DNA of 63,688 bases, filler included, from Octopus bimaculoides (Eukaryota): the NCBI RefSeq assembly GCF_001194135.2. It is 8 parts of 8 records of this genome, joined end to end, with 100 filler letters (N's around TTAATTAATTAA, not from the genome) between each part and the next. Parts side by side here need not be neighbours in the genome. Positions count along the whole stretch, not along the records: positions 1 to 23,215 come from NC_068982.1; positions 23,316 to 28,698 come from NW_026389171.1; positions 28,799 to 39,578 come from NC_068997.1; 5 more parts are not named here. One strand, 5' to 3'. This document shows positions 22,302-36,951 of the stretch, piece after piece. Every line of letters starts with the position of its first letter. Within the stretch, counting starts at the first letter, position 1. The position numbers were made by a program, and so were the translations under genes. The notes beneath the pieces are model-generated. The model was not told the origin of the DNA. It worked only from the letters and a program-made list of their open reading frames with translations, and made no database searches.

Positions 22302-24227
22302 AGTAGCATGCAACAGGAATTATTACAGAAGACTTGATGAAGGGAATAGAAGATAAATTCGGATATAAATATTTTTTTCCTTATGAAAAATTGAGAGCAT
22401 ACTAAAGAGTGTCGTTGAGTCTAGTTGTGTATAAACTAAAACTGATGCATTTAACGATTATTTGAAAATATGGCTGAAAAATATTTAAGATATATTCCCT
22501 CTATATAATAATAAGTTGATAAGTAATTTAAACTCCAAATAAGTCATTTATCATAGAAAATTTAATAGAAGTGTCCAATGGAAAGGCATAGTTATGTTTG
22601 AATTAGGATATGAGTTGACAGTTATAAGTAATATTAGGTATGGTGCGTATTTAAAAAAATGTTTTTGTGTGCGAATGAAATTAAAACTAGTGGATGTAGT
22701 AATATTTAGTAGGTTGCTAGAATGCAACGAAAATAAGAGTTAGTAGAAATACTTCAATAGCTATATATAATGGAAATGTTTTTAGTGTAAGAACTTATAT
22801 TCATTTGTGTGTATTAAATATAATGTAAAAGAAGAAAAATAGGAAAATTAGTTGTTAATATTACGGAATTAAAATAGTAAACACTTGCTGTGGCTAAAGA
22901 TGTTAAAAAAACCATCAATGGTGTAATAGATATTGCAAGACTGAAAATTAACAATGTAAGGGAGATAAATAAACATTCATATATATATATTTCTATGTAT
23001 GTCTACATAATGGTGTATATATATATATATATATATACACTGATCCCTTGCTGATCCCTTAATTATATTTATAAATATATATGAGCTTTTAAATAAGTTC
23101 TCCACCAATAATGGTGCTTTCATACCGATGGGCTTGGTAAAAATTGTTAATTGTTAATTGATTTATTAATTAATAAATTGATAATCCTTTACCCTTTTAA
23201 TTTGTAATATATATANNNNNNNNNNNNNNNNNNNNNNNNNNNNNNNNNNNNNNNNNNNNTTAATTAATTAANNNNNNNNNNNNNNNNNNNNNNNNNNNNN
23301 NNNNNNNNNNNNNNNGTAATGTGCACAGACGGATGAAGGAGTTTAAAGGGAAAACCAGCATTGAAGGTAAGCCATGCACTGGAAAACCATTTAGTGTGAC
23401 TACTGACACAAATCGCAAGTGAGTATACAAACTGATTTTGTGGACAGATAAATCACAATCTCTGAATTTGCTGCACAAGACTGAGGTTACAATGCATTAC
23501 AAAAGACGGTGGAAAACTTTGGATATTGGAAAGTGTTGCAAAGTAGACATCTTAGTAGTTGACAACCAATTTGAACAGGTGAAGAGTTTAAGGTGTGTGC
23601 TGATCAGCTAGAAATGTTGAAAGTCAATGAAGGCATGCTGTATTTCAATCTGGTGACAGGAATGAAATGTGAACTTATCTTTATGATCCAGAAATAATGT
23701 CTTAGTCTAATGCCACAGAATTTTAAGAACCAGTAATCAACGTAGAAAGTTATGGTGACAGGTTTAAAGATGACAAGTCTGTCATTCACCTTAATATTCT
23801 GGAATGTGGTTGTACTTTGAGAACAAGTATGAGAGAAACAATCCATATTCACCATAACAATGCATGACTATGCCGATCTAAGGCTACAAATCAAACAATT
23901 AACGCTGAGCTGGTAATGGATCCCTCCAACTACTATTCAGCCCACATCTGGTTTTCAACAACTTCCATCTGTTCAGGTTAGTGCAGAACAGTCTTCAGAG
24001 GCAGAGATTTGATGGTGAAAGAAAAAGTGAAATTCACTGTAAAGAAGTGGATACAACATGCACACATGTGATTGTTTCAAAAACGGGTCAAAACTTAAGA
24101 TTTACTATTGGTGCAAAAAGTATTGCTTGTGATGGGGGACTACCAACATATCATTTCAAATGACTTTTGTCGGTTTTTGCATGACTATGATTCAACTCTC
24201 ATTCAAACATACACATATACATGTGTA

Positions 24228-25055
24228 TTATTCATTTAAAATACAGAGATGCCTGTAATAGGACATCTAACCCGCTAGAAATAGCAGCAAGGCTACATAC
24301 CACAAAAAGTAGGGATAATTTCGAAAGGGGATGAAAAATAAAAACATTTACCAATCTATATTCTGTACCATGGTTTCAAGTCAATTTTAGTAAGATAAAA
24401 ATTGTATATCTCACAAAGGTCGGACTATCATCGGCAGAATGACCAGACAATATTCGAGAGGGGAGCATGGTTCGTATTCGAATATCTAATTTTCCAAATT
24501 TACCGCGTATTTGCGGTTTACCTATTCGGCAGCAAATACACAAATGCCGATTTTCCTATAGAAATTAGCCAAAAAAAAAATTTTTATCATTATTAATAAA
24601 ATACAGGGTAGTAAAAAAATTTTAGAAATTTTATTTNNNNNNNNNNTTATTCATTTAAAATACAGAGATGCCTGTAATAGGACATCTAACCCGCTAGAAA
24701 TAGCAGCAAGGCTACATACCACAAAAAGTAGGGATAATTTCGAAAGGGGATGAAAAATAAAAACATTTACCAATCTATATTCTGTACCATGGTTTCAAGT
24801 CAATTTTAGTAAGATAAAAATTGTATATCTCACAAAGGTCGGACTATCATCGGCAGAATGACCAGACAATATTCGAGAGGGGAGCATGGTTCGTATTCGA
24901 ATATCTAATTTTCCAAATTTACCGCGTATTTGCGGTTTACCTATTCGGCAGCAAATACACAAATGCCGATTTTCCTATAGAAATTAGCCAAAAAAAAAAT
25001 TTTTATCATTATTAATAAAATACAGGGTAGTAAAAAAATTTTAGAAATTTTATTT
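24228..25055. repeat. Exact 409-bp direct duplicate on both sides of a 10-N gap (probable assembly overlap)
   Basis: 24228-24636 appears identical to 24647-25055, and the ORF translations at 24402 and 24821 are identical. Confidence 0.85.
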
Positions 25056-25757
25056 ACCACCAGTGGCCTAGCATGGGTAATGTATGTAGGAGGAAATGCT
25101 TGAGTCATGCAGGCCTGGTCAGCCATCAGAGATGTCACAGAAATCAACCCCCTGTAAATTCTGATACGGCTGTTGTTCACAACAGAACGTGTGGAAGGGT
25201 GTGCTGTTGAGTAGAGGACTGAAAAACATGTCAAAAGACTTCATACTGAAGTACCTGTTCCCTCTGCCAGCCAGCACAACTATACATTATACTATAAAAT
25301 GTGCAAATATTTGGCAGGACTCAAGAATGATATAAGGGCCTCACACTGCATTATCGATGACTCATTTCAATGATTTTTTCTAGCAATGGTTTAGCTTGTA
25401 TATGAGAAAACAGTCACTACTATATATATACATATATGTGTGTGCGTGTGTGTGTCTGTAAAAATATATATATATGCATACATATATATACATATACATG
25501 AATATAAACATATATATACATACATAAATATACATATATATATGCTTACATATATATACATTCCTTTATTCCTTTACTGGCTTCAGTCATTTGATTGCAG
25601 CCATACTGGAGCACCACCTTTAGTTGAACGAATTGACCCCAGGCCTTATTCTTTGCAAACCTAGTACTTATTCTATCATTCTCTTTTGCCCAACCACTAA
25701 GTTATGGGGACGTAAACACACCAGCATCAGTTGTCAAGTGATGGTGGGGCAACAAAC

Positions 25758-25812
<55 letters not shown>

Positions 25813-26779
25813 GGCTTCTTTCAGTTTCTATCTACCAAATACACTCACAAGGCTTTGGTTGGCCTGAGGCTATAGTGGAAAACACTTGCTTAAGGTGTCA
25901 TGCAGTAGGACCGAACCCAGAAACATGTGGTTGTGAAGCAAGCTTCTTACCATGAAGCCATGCCTGTATATATATATATGTATATATACATACATATTAT
26001 ACATACATATATATACATATACATACATATATATGTATATATACATACATATTAATAAATAAAAAGCACACATTAAGTGCAGGACATTGCCAACAAGTGA
26101 AAAGCATCCAAACACATGAGAGACAAGCTCAGTAAGAACAGGACATCAGCAACGAGGGAAAAATACATGAGCACATGTCGAATGAAAGCTCAAAATAGGG
26201 AGTAATAAACAGTTGACAACTGAGGAGGAGTTAGACTGCTTTTGGTATTTTGTCCCGTACTTGTCTCTAATTATGTGTTTACATATTTTTTACTCATTGT
26301 TGATGTCATGTCTTATTGTTAGTTTGTGTGTTTTTGTGTGTTTTTTGCTTGTTGGTGATGTCCTGTACTTAATGTGTATTTTTTATTTATTTATAATTGA
26401 ACGCCATGCAGCTTTGTCCACAGTAAATTCTTACATTTAGTCATGAAACACGTGTAGTCATTTTATCATCTTTATCTTATGATATTCACTTTGCATTATA
26501 TTATACTTATTTATTGTGCTTTTAATTATAAATTTTTCTATATGTGACAATTGATTTTCATCGATGAGTTCGTGAACCTCGGTTCTTTTCCCTAAAACTA
26601 TATATTTATATATATTTTATACTGTGAAACTTAATTTAATTTTAATTTTTAATAAATTGATTTTAATTGAGTTTCTACCTGTAATTTTGGATTTTATCCC
26701 TAATATTATTATCATATATATACATATATATATACACAGATATATACATATATGCATACATATATACATACATGTATAT

Positions 26780-26836
<57 letters not shown>

Positions 26837-27364
26837 CATATACATACATACATATATATATATACATACTTTCGATTATTCCCTTATTTGTTTCAGTCAG
26901 GTTAACTGTGGCCATGCAGGAGCACTGCCTTTAGTGGAACAAATAGACCGCAGGATTTATTCTTCGTAAACCTAGTACTTATTCTATCGGTCTCTTTTGC
27001 TGAACCAAGTTATGGGGACATAAACAAACCAATATTGGTTGTCAAGCCATCGTGGAGGGGGACAAACACTGACACATACGTATACACACACACACACATA
27101 CACACATACACACATACACACATAAATACAACAAGTTTCTTTCAGTTTCTGTCTACCAAATCCATTCACGAGGCTTTGGTCAGCCCAAAGATATAGTAGA
27201 AGACACTTACCCAAGGTGCCATGCAGTGGGACTGAACCTAGAACCATGTGGTTGGTAAGTAAGCTACTTACCACAGAGCACTTCCTGTGGCTAGCCACTC
27301 CTATATACATAAGTATATATATATATACACATTCACACATGTGTATATATATAAACACTGTAAA

Positions 27365-28635
27365 CAAACAGGAAACAACTTCTGTCTCATTCCATGGAGA
27401 AAAACTAGAGGTAGTTGATAGCTTCCGCTATCTGGGTGNNNNNNNNNNNNNNNNNNNNNNNNNNNNNNNNNNNNNNNNNNNNNNNNNNNNNNNNNNNNNN
27501 NNNNNNNNNNNNNNNNNNNNNNNNNNNNNNNNNNNNNNNNNNNNNNNNNNNNNNNNNNNNNNNNNNNNNNNNNNNNNNNNNNNNNNNNNNNNNNNNNNNN
27601 NNNNNNNNNNNNNNNNNNNNNNNNNNNNNNNNNNNNNNNNNNNNNNNNNNNNNNNNNNNNNNNNNNNNNNNNNNNNNNNNNNNNNNNNNNNNNNNNNNNN
27701 NNNNNNNNNNNNNNNNNNNNNNNNNNNNNNNNNNNNNNNNNNNNNNNNNNNNNNNNNNNNNNNNNNNNNNNNNNNNNNNNNNNNNNNNNNNNNNNNNNNN
27801 NNNNNNNNNNNNNNNNNNNNNNNNNNNNNNNNNNNNNNNNNNNNNNNNNNNNNNNNNNNNNNNNNNNNNNNNNNNNNNNNNNNNNNNNNNNNNNNNNNNN
27901 NNNNNNNNNNNNNNNNNNNNNNNNNNNNNNNNNNNNNNNNNNNNNNNNNNNNNNNNNNNNNNNNNNNNNNNNNNNNNNNNNNNNNNNNNNNNNNNNNNNN
28001 NNNNNNNNNNNNNNNNNNNNNNNNNNNNNNNNNNNNNNNNNNNNNNNNNNNNNNNNNNNNNNNNNNNNNNNNNNNNNNNNNNNNNNNNNNNNNNNNNNNN
28101 NNNNNNNNNNNNNNNNNNNNNNNNNNNNNNNNNNNNNNNNNNNNNNNNNNNNNNNNNNNNNNNNGAAATCAAACTAAATTCGACGACTGGCACCTGTGCC
28201 AACGTCGTCTCCTTCATTGGACACGAAACTCAGCTTGCGAAGACTTATTGGGGCAAGCGAATAGCGAAATCGGGATAGCACCTGTGCCCAGCGTCGCCTT
28301 CCTGGTACTTGTGCCCGTGACATGTGTAAGGATTTTCGATCGAGATTGTTGCCAGTGCCCCTGGACTGGCTCCTGTGCGGGTGGCACATAAAATGCACCA
28401 TTTTGAGCATGGCCGTTGCCAGTACCGCCTGACCGGCCTTCGTGCAGGTGACGCGTAAAAGCACCCACTACACTCTCTGAGTGGTTGGCGTAAGGAAGGG
28501 CATCCAGCTGTAGAAACTCTGCCAAATCAGATTGGAGGCTGGTGTTGCCATCCGGTTTCACCAGTCCTCAGTCAAATCGTCCAACCCATGCTAGCATGGA
28601 AAGCGGACGTTTATACGACGATGATGATGATGATG
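27365..28635 (+). mobile_element. RTE-like LINE 3' remnant spanning a gap, ending in (GAT)n
   Basis: Peptide GEKLEVVDSFRYLG precedes the gap. After it come the tail aggaagggcatccagctgtagaaac...ccaacccatgctagcatggaaagcggacg and (GAT)n; a related tail lies at 35635-35770. Confidence 0.65.
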
Positions 28636-28797
28636 ATATATATACGTGTATATATATACATATATATAGACGGTTTAGATATAGATTCAAGGCTTGAANN
28701 NNNNNNNNNNNNNNNNNNNNNNNNNNNNNNNNNNNNNNNNNNTTAATTAATTAANNNNNNNNNNNNNNNNNNNNNNNNNNNNNNNNNNNNNNNNNNN

Positions 28798-28960
28798 NAG
28801 CAGTTGACTATGATGCTGCTACACCAGTCATTGGGTATGACTCCTTCGTGTATCACCTGGTTCGTAATACGGGTGACTAGGCTATAGCCAACACTGCCAG
28901 ATATTTTGAGCATCTCTGCAGTGATTCCTGATGGGCCGGGGGCTTTCCCGGTCTTCATAC
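28798..28960 (-). mobile_element. RTE/CR1-type LINE RT fragment
   Basis: Peptide MKTGKAPGPSGITAEMLK...IPNDWCSSIIV. Confidence 0.75.
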
Positions 28961-29118
28961 TCTTATTATTATTATTATTATTATTATTATCATTATTATT
29001 ATTATTATTATTATTGTCATCATCATCATCATTGTTCTCATCATCATTCTTTCGTTTCTTAATTTTTTTTGTTTAGAAAATATTTTTCATCATGTTTACT
29101 TGATTTTATTTGTCTTTT

Positions 29119-29167
<49 letters not shown>

Positions 29168-29303
29168 GCTGACAATGTGTTTTTTTATAATTTTTATGTG
29201 TGTTATATTATGTTTGTTGTGTTGTTGTTGTTTATTCAATCACAGTTAAATTCATTTAAGCTGTTTAAGTAGCACAAGGGAGAAGATTTAATTAATAAGG
29301 AAA

Positions 29304-29378
29304 TTGAACCATAGCCTGTCTTTCACAGAATCAGCTATGATGATGATGATGATGATGGTGATGACGATGACGATGGTT

Positions 29379-29414
<36 letters not shown>

Positions 29415-29670
29415 GTTATGATGATGATGGTTCTGATGCAGCTACTGCTAGTGAATATAATAAATATGCTGATGATGTTGATGATGATGAAATATAATTA
29501 CGATGATCATAATGATGTTTGATGTGATTATCATCATCACCATCATCATGTCAATTAAGTCAATGACGGTGGGGGTGCTGCTGCTGCTGCTGACTATGGT
29601 CGATGGTGATTTTCCCCCCTCCTCTTCCTCCTCCTCATCATCATCGTCGTCGTTGTCGTCGTCATTATCA
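29304..29670. repeat. Compound (GAT)n/(CAT)n trinucleotide region, representative of dozens of microsatellites
   Basis: Directly visible; it accounts for the poly-M/poly-S ORFs. Confidence 0.9.
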
Positions 29671-31369
29671 TCATTAATATTATTGTGGCAGTCACATTAA
29701 TAAGAGTCAGTAATGTAGATTGGCAGAAATTATTAGACAGTTTGACAAAATGCCTTGCACTGTTTCCCCTCCTACTCTTTACATTCTGAGTTCAAATCTC
29801 TATGAGGTCAACCATGCTTTCCATTCTTTGGAGGTTTATAAAATGAAATAATCTACCTGTCATGTACTAGGGATGATGTTATTCTCAGTTCTGATTAACA
29901 CCTGTAGTTAATTAGTTTGGTGCTAATATGTGCAATATTAATGTGCAGCACACATGCAATGCCATTGACAGCATGTACAATACTGGTGGGGAATATTAAA
30001 AGAAGTGGTTGGAGGTGGAAAGCTGGCAGAATGGTTAGCACGCCAGGCAAAATGCTTTGCAGCATTTCGTCTGTCTGAGTTCTGAGTTCAAATTCCACCA
30101 AGGTTGACTTTGCTTTTCATCCACTCGGGGTCAATAAATTAAGTACCAGTTGCATACTGTGGTCGATCTAAACAATTGGCACCCTACTCCAAAGATTTCG
30201 GGCCTTGTACCTAGAGTACAAAAGAAAAGAATCATTAGCTTGCTGGGAAAAACGCTTAACGGTTTTCCATCCATCTTTTCAATCCGAGTTCAAATTCCAC
30301 CAAGGTCGACTTTGCTTTTCCTCCTTTCAGGATCGATAAATTAAGTACCAGTTGCATACTGGGGCCGATCTAATCGACTGACCCCCTCCACTTGTGCCTA
30401 GAGTACAAAAGAAAAGAATCGTTAGCTTGCTGGGAAAAACGCTTAACGGCTTTCCATCCATCTTTGCAATCCGAGTTCAAATTCTGCCATGGTTGACTTT
30501 GTCTTTCATCCTTTTGGGCTTGATAAAATAAGTACCAGTTGATTACTGGGGTTGATGTAATCGACTTGCCTCTTCCTCGAAATTGCTGGCCTTGTGCTAC
30601 AATTTGAAACCAATACTAAAGTAGTCATCGTAACCATGGCACTATTGACGTGTGTAATATGAATGTTGTCGATATTACTTGAAGCACGAAGGGGGCCAAC
30701 TATGTGTTTATCTATTCTTTTTTATCTGTTTCAGTCTTTAGACTGTGGCCATGCTGGGGCACTGCCTTGGATTTTTTTTGTCGAATGAATCAACCCCAGT
30801 ACTTATTTTTTAAGCCTGGTTCTTATTGTATTAGGCTCTTTTGCTGAACCACTGAGTTATGGGGACATAAACACACCAGCACCAGCTGTCAAGTGGTGAT
30901 GGGGAACAAGCACAGACACACACATAGATACATATGCATATATATATATATATATATATATATACGATGGGCTTCTTTCAGTTTCCGTCAACCAAATCCA
31001 CTCGTGAGGCTTTGGTCAGCCCTAAGCTATAGTAGAAGACACTTGCCCAAGGTGCCACACAGTGGGACTGAACCTGCAACCATGTAGTTCAGTCTCACTG
31101 CATGGCACCTTGGGCAAGTATTTTCGAGAGCTTAGTTTCATTTTGTCCATCTTTACATTCTGAGTTCAAATTCCATCAAAGTTAACTTTTACCTTTCATC
31201 CTTTGAGAGTCAATAAATTAAGTACCAGTTGAGTACTGGGGTCGATGTAATTAACTTAACCCCTTCCTCAAAGTTGCTGGCCTCGTGCAAAAATATGAAA
31301 CTGATATTACTTTAAGCCCTTCGTTCCCTATGGAACATAAACCACTAATGATTTTTCCCCAGACAGGCA

Positions 31370-31468
31370 TGCAGGGGAGGCTGGTGTGCAGGGGAGGCTG
31401 ACATGCAGGGGAGGCTGGTGTGCAGGGGAGGCTGACATGCAGGGGAGGCTGGTGTGCAGGGGAGGCTG
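31370..31468. repeat. 17-bp G-rich minisatellite x6 with alternating variants
   Basis: TGCAGGGGAGGCTGGTG alternates with TGCAGGGGAGGCTGACA. Confidence 0.9.
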
Positions 31469-31999
31469 CTGGCCTTCCATAAACATCCTTGCTCACACTT
31501 GTTACTCGGAGGGAAACTTTCTAGGTGCAATTCCATGGTTATTCATGATAGAAGGGAATCTTTGCCCCTTTTATTTCTAAGATGATAAGGATATCAAAAT
31601 AAGGGAGATTTAGCTGCTATTTTTAACATGCCAAGCAATCAACCAACCACATAGAAACTCTCTCATTAGTTGGTGTTGGTCATGGTGGTAATGGCAATTG
31701 CAGTGATGTTAATAATTACAGTGGCTTTTAGTGTTTCCAGTGATGCTAGTACCGATAAGAACCATGGTGCTGCCAATGCCTTGCATCTCTGGTTTTACCA
31801 AACTGCAGCTTTGATTGATAGCCTAATTAACAAAGACATCTAATTAGTTTTGTTTGCAATATCTAATTTGAAATTCCAACAGCTATCTTGTTGTTTTTTA
31901 AACTATCACTTTACAGCTAATTTCAATTTCTGGTGAATATTTGCAGTTTTTTTTTTTTTTGCTTTGTTTGTTTTTAGAATCAATTAGGAGAGTAAAGAA

Positions 32000-32041
<42 letters not shown>

Positions 32042-32069
32042 GGGTGGTGGTGGAATATGATAATTTCAA

Positions 32070-32460
32070 AGTAGTGACATCTGAGGGAGAGATAGATGAA
32101 GAGGGAGTAAGGGAGAAGAGGAGAGCAGTACTAAAAGTAGAGCGGGACAGAAAGAAAGAGAAGGAAAGAGGGTGCTAGCAAGAGAAAGGAGTGGGGTAAA
32201 AAGAGAAACAGAAGAGGGCACAGAGGGAGTAATGAAAGGGGAAAGTGGCACACAACATGAAAGAGAGATAGGGGGATAATAGAGAGAGTTAAGAAAGTAA
32301 GAGAGAAAAAGAGCAGAGTGTGAAAAATGAGAGAGAAAAAAAGAAGACAATAAGAGAGAGAGAAGAAAGAGAGAAAAAAAACAAGGAGAGAATAAGAAGG
32401 AGAAAATGAGAGAGGGAATTGAGCAGAAAGAGAGAAGTAAAAGCAAGAAGAGAAGGTAAT
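32070..32460. repeat. Purine-rich (GA) low-complexity tract; similar tract at 36590-37260
   Basis: Strongly A/G-biased plus strand with no coding signal. Confidence 0.8.
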
Positions 32461-32714
32461 ATATTGAAGTCATAAAAACGAGATTGAGATACGTGTGTGT
32501 GTATGTGTGTGTTTGTGTGTGAGGTACCTTAAACTAAACAACAAATCACTTTTAATATGACACAAAAGGTAACACTTAAAATTAAATAAATGAAATTATT
32601 TCAGAAATGAATTAAATTTAAATCATTGTAATATGGTTTTTATTGCCAGCAGTCTTCTGCTAATTGTTTGCCAAGCAAGTTTGGCTCTAATAATAACAAT
32701 CGTAATAACAATAA

Positions 32715-32926
32715 TCTTTTCTACTCCAGCACAAGGCCTCAAATTTCTGGGGAGGGGACTAGTCGATGACATCAACCCCAGTGTCTCACTGGTACTTGAT
32801 TTATCGATCCCAAAAGGATGAAAGGCAAAGTCGACCTCGGTGGAATCTGAACTCAGAACATAGCGATGAGCAAAATACTGCTAAGCATTTTGTCCAGCAC
32901 ACTAACGATTCTGCCAGCTCACCACC

Positions 32927-32972
<46 letters not shown>

Positions 32973-33480
32973 TAATAATAATAATAATCCTTTCTACTAA
33001 AGGCACAAGGCTTGAAATTTGGGCGGGGGTAGGGGACTAGTCGAATACTTCAACCCCAGTGTTTCACTGGTGCTTAATTAATCGACCCCACGAAAGGATG
33101 AAAGGCAAAGTTGACCTCAGTAGAATTTGAACTCAGAATGTAAAGACAGACTAAATGTCACCAAGAATTTTGCCCAGAATGCTAACGATTCTGCCAGCTC
33201 ACCACCTTAATAATAATGATAATAATAGTTATTTACCGAAAGAATGAAAAGCAAATTTGGCTCAAGGCCTGTAATTTTAAAGGGATGCAGAGTGGGAAGT
33301 TAATTACATTGACCCTAGTACTTGTCTGTTTTTTTTTGTTTTTTTTGCTGACCCCAAAAGGATGAAGGGCAAAGTTTGACCTTGGGAGAATTTGAACCCA
33401 GAACGTTAAGAGCCAGAAGAAATACTGCTAAGAAATACTTTGTCCAACACACTAATGGTTCTGCCAGCTGGCCACTAAGC
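32715..33480 (-). mobile_element. Three tandem family A SINEs separated by (AAT)n
   Basis: Same sequence as 12674-13495 in reverse orientation. Confidence 0.8.
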
Positions 33481-34290
<810 letters not shown>

Positions 34291-34309
34291 TGGCGTGTGT
34301 TTATACCAT

Positions 34310-34444
<135 letters not shown>

Positions 34445-36902
34445 CCTTTCTACTATAAGCACAAGACTTGAAATTTTGTCTCTTTATATACCCCTTGAGG
34501 GTTGATAAAGTACCAGCCAAGTAAACGAGTTGGTGACATTGGCTAACCCCTACTCAATATTTGTGCCTATCTTTTTGTCAGTCACTCTGCTGGTTCTATC
34601 AAGATAATAATTGTTTCTGGTACAGATCTCCAAACAAAATTTTGGGAATAGGATTTGGAGAATATAACCACCACACTCTCTGATCGGTATATATTTTATA
34701 GAATATAGAAGAAGGAAAAAACAAACTCAATCTTGACAGGAAATTAATTCAGAATGCAAAGATTTATGACTAAAAGGTGCAGGAATGGCTGTGTGGTAAG
34801 TAGCTTGCTTACCAATCACATAGTTCCGGGTTCAGTCCCACTGTGTGGCATCTTGGGCAAGTGTCTTCTACTATTGACTCAGGCCGACCAAAGCCTTGTG
34901 AGTGGATTTGGTAGACAGAAACTGGAAGAAGCCGGTCGTATATATCTATATATGTATATGTATGTGTGTATATATGTTTGTGTGTGTGTTTGTTCCCCCA
35001 ACATCGCTTGACACCTAATACTGGTGTGTATACGTCCCCGTAACTTAGCAAGAGAGACCAATAGAATAAGTACTAGGCTTACAAAGAATAAGCTCCGGTG
35101 TCGATTTGCTCGGCTAAAGGCAGTGCTCCAGCATGGAAGCAGCCAAATGACTGAAACAAGGAAGAGTAAATACTACCAAACCATTTTAGCCAATACTTTA
35201 CTGATTCCATCACGTAAACAATTCATTGTTTCTCATATCAAATGAAGGTGAGAAATTCAGAGATGAAGAAGAATAAAGGCCGGTCAGTGTTCACTTCACT
35301 TTGCCAATACTTATTCTATTGATGTTCTTTTCTCTGTTATTGTTGAGGGGAAATGTGAAGTTGTTTTTTAGGTAACATAATACTTCAAGATATTTTTCTG
35401 GCACTTTGAGAATTCTATTACCTGCATATTTTTAAGAAATTGATAGCTGTGTTAAAATTGTTTCAGCAAGACGTTAGAAAGATGGTTTCAGGACAGCCTT
35501 CATAGATTGTGGAGTCAGTAGAATCTTCTGTAGATATATTTCTAGGATTAATGAATAAAGGGAGGATTCAAATTCAGAACAAATGGATGTAACTAAATGC
35601 AAGGCATGTTGTTCATTCATAAAGAGTTCAGTCGAGCGTGGCCGTTGCCAGTACCATGTGACTGGCCCTCGTACCGGTGGCATGTAAAAGCACCCACTAC
35701 CCTCTCGGAGCGGTTGGCGTTAGGAAGGGCATCCAGCTGTAGAAACTCTGCCAGATCAGATTGGAGTCTTCACCTGGGGGTATATATTATCAAATCTCTC
35801 AGTTCATTCTTAATGACTTCTTAACCGCTTAGAGTACCCCTAATTCCTAACACGTTCCATTTTAATCATTGGAATGAAGTATGATTGGATAGAAATGTAG
35901 CTGCTATTTTTAGCATGTCATTTGATCATGTTTAGGTCCTCCTAGCTGGGTTTTGCTGGAAAGAGAAGCATATCAAAAACTTTCCAGAAATATTTCTAAC
36001 GAAATTGTTTAAAATACAAACACAAAGGAGTAATAAAAAAAAACAAAAAACAAAGAAACAAATAAGAAAAATACGAAAAATAAAATAAAACTTTATAGTG
36101 AAGTGCAAAATGAACCTAAAACAAATACAAAATTGAAACAGATAAAAATAAACAATACAAAGCAAGAATTAGTAATAATTAATAACGTTATGAATTTAGA
36201 GACGTTTATGACATAATTATTGCTTTTGGAATAATTAAATCACTATTATTAGTGTTGTTTTAGATGTGGTAGTGATGGTGATGCTGGTGCTGGTAGTGAC
36301 GATGACAATGATGATGATGATGTTGGTAATGCAGAAGGTGGTAGCGATGGTGGCTATGGTGGTGGTGGTGGTGGTGGTGGTGGTGGTAGTAATGGTGGTA
36401 GTAGTGATGGTAGTTATAGTGGTGTTGGTGTTGGTGTTGGTGGTGGTTTTGTTTGGATTTTTTTTCTCTCTTTTAATGAATTAATTTCAGAATTTTCCTT
36501 GATTGTCATCTCTGTAAAAATATTTGTTTATCTGCTAATTATGTGCATGTTATGTTAGTGTTTTAGAAGAGCAGAGGGTGATTAGGTGAGAGATGTAAAA
36601 GAGAAGAGGAAAAGACAGATAGATAGGCGAGAGAAAGAAAGGGAAAGAGAGAGTGAGAGCGAAACAGAGATGTAATAGAAATTACATGAGAGAGAGAGAG
36701 AGTAAGAGATATGAAGGGAAAAGATTGATAGAGTGAAAATTAATAAAAAGGAAAGAAAGAGAGAAAAGGAAAGATAGTGAAATATAAAGGGAGAAAGTTA
36801 CGTGAAAATGAGGGATAGTTTGATGGCGAGAAAATGGAAATTAGATAGGATGATAGATAAACAAACAGACAGCTAGCTAGATAGATAGAGAGATAGAGAG
36901 AT

Positions 36903-36951
<49 letters not shown>

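Noticed and set aside
23315-24200. Traces of LINE RT-like peptide on the plus strand
   Set aside because: Too degenerate to assign to a family.
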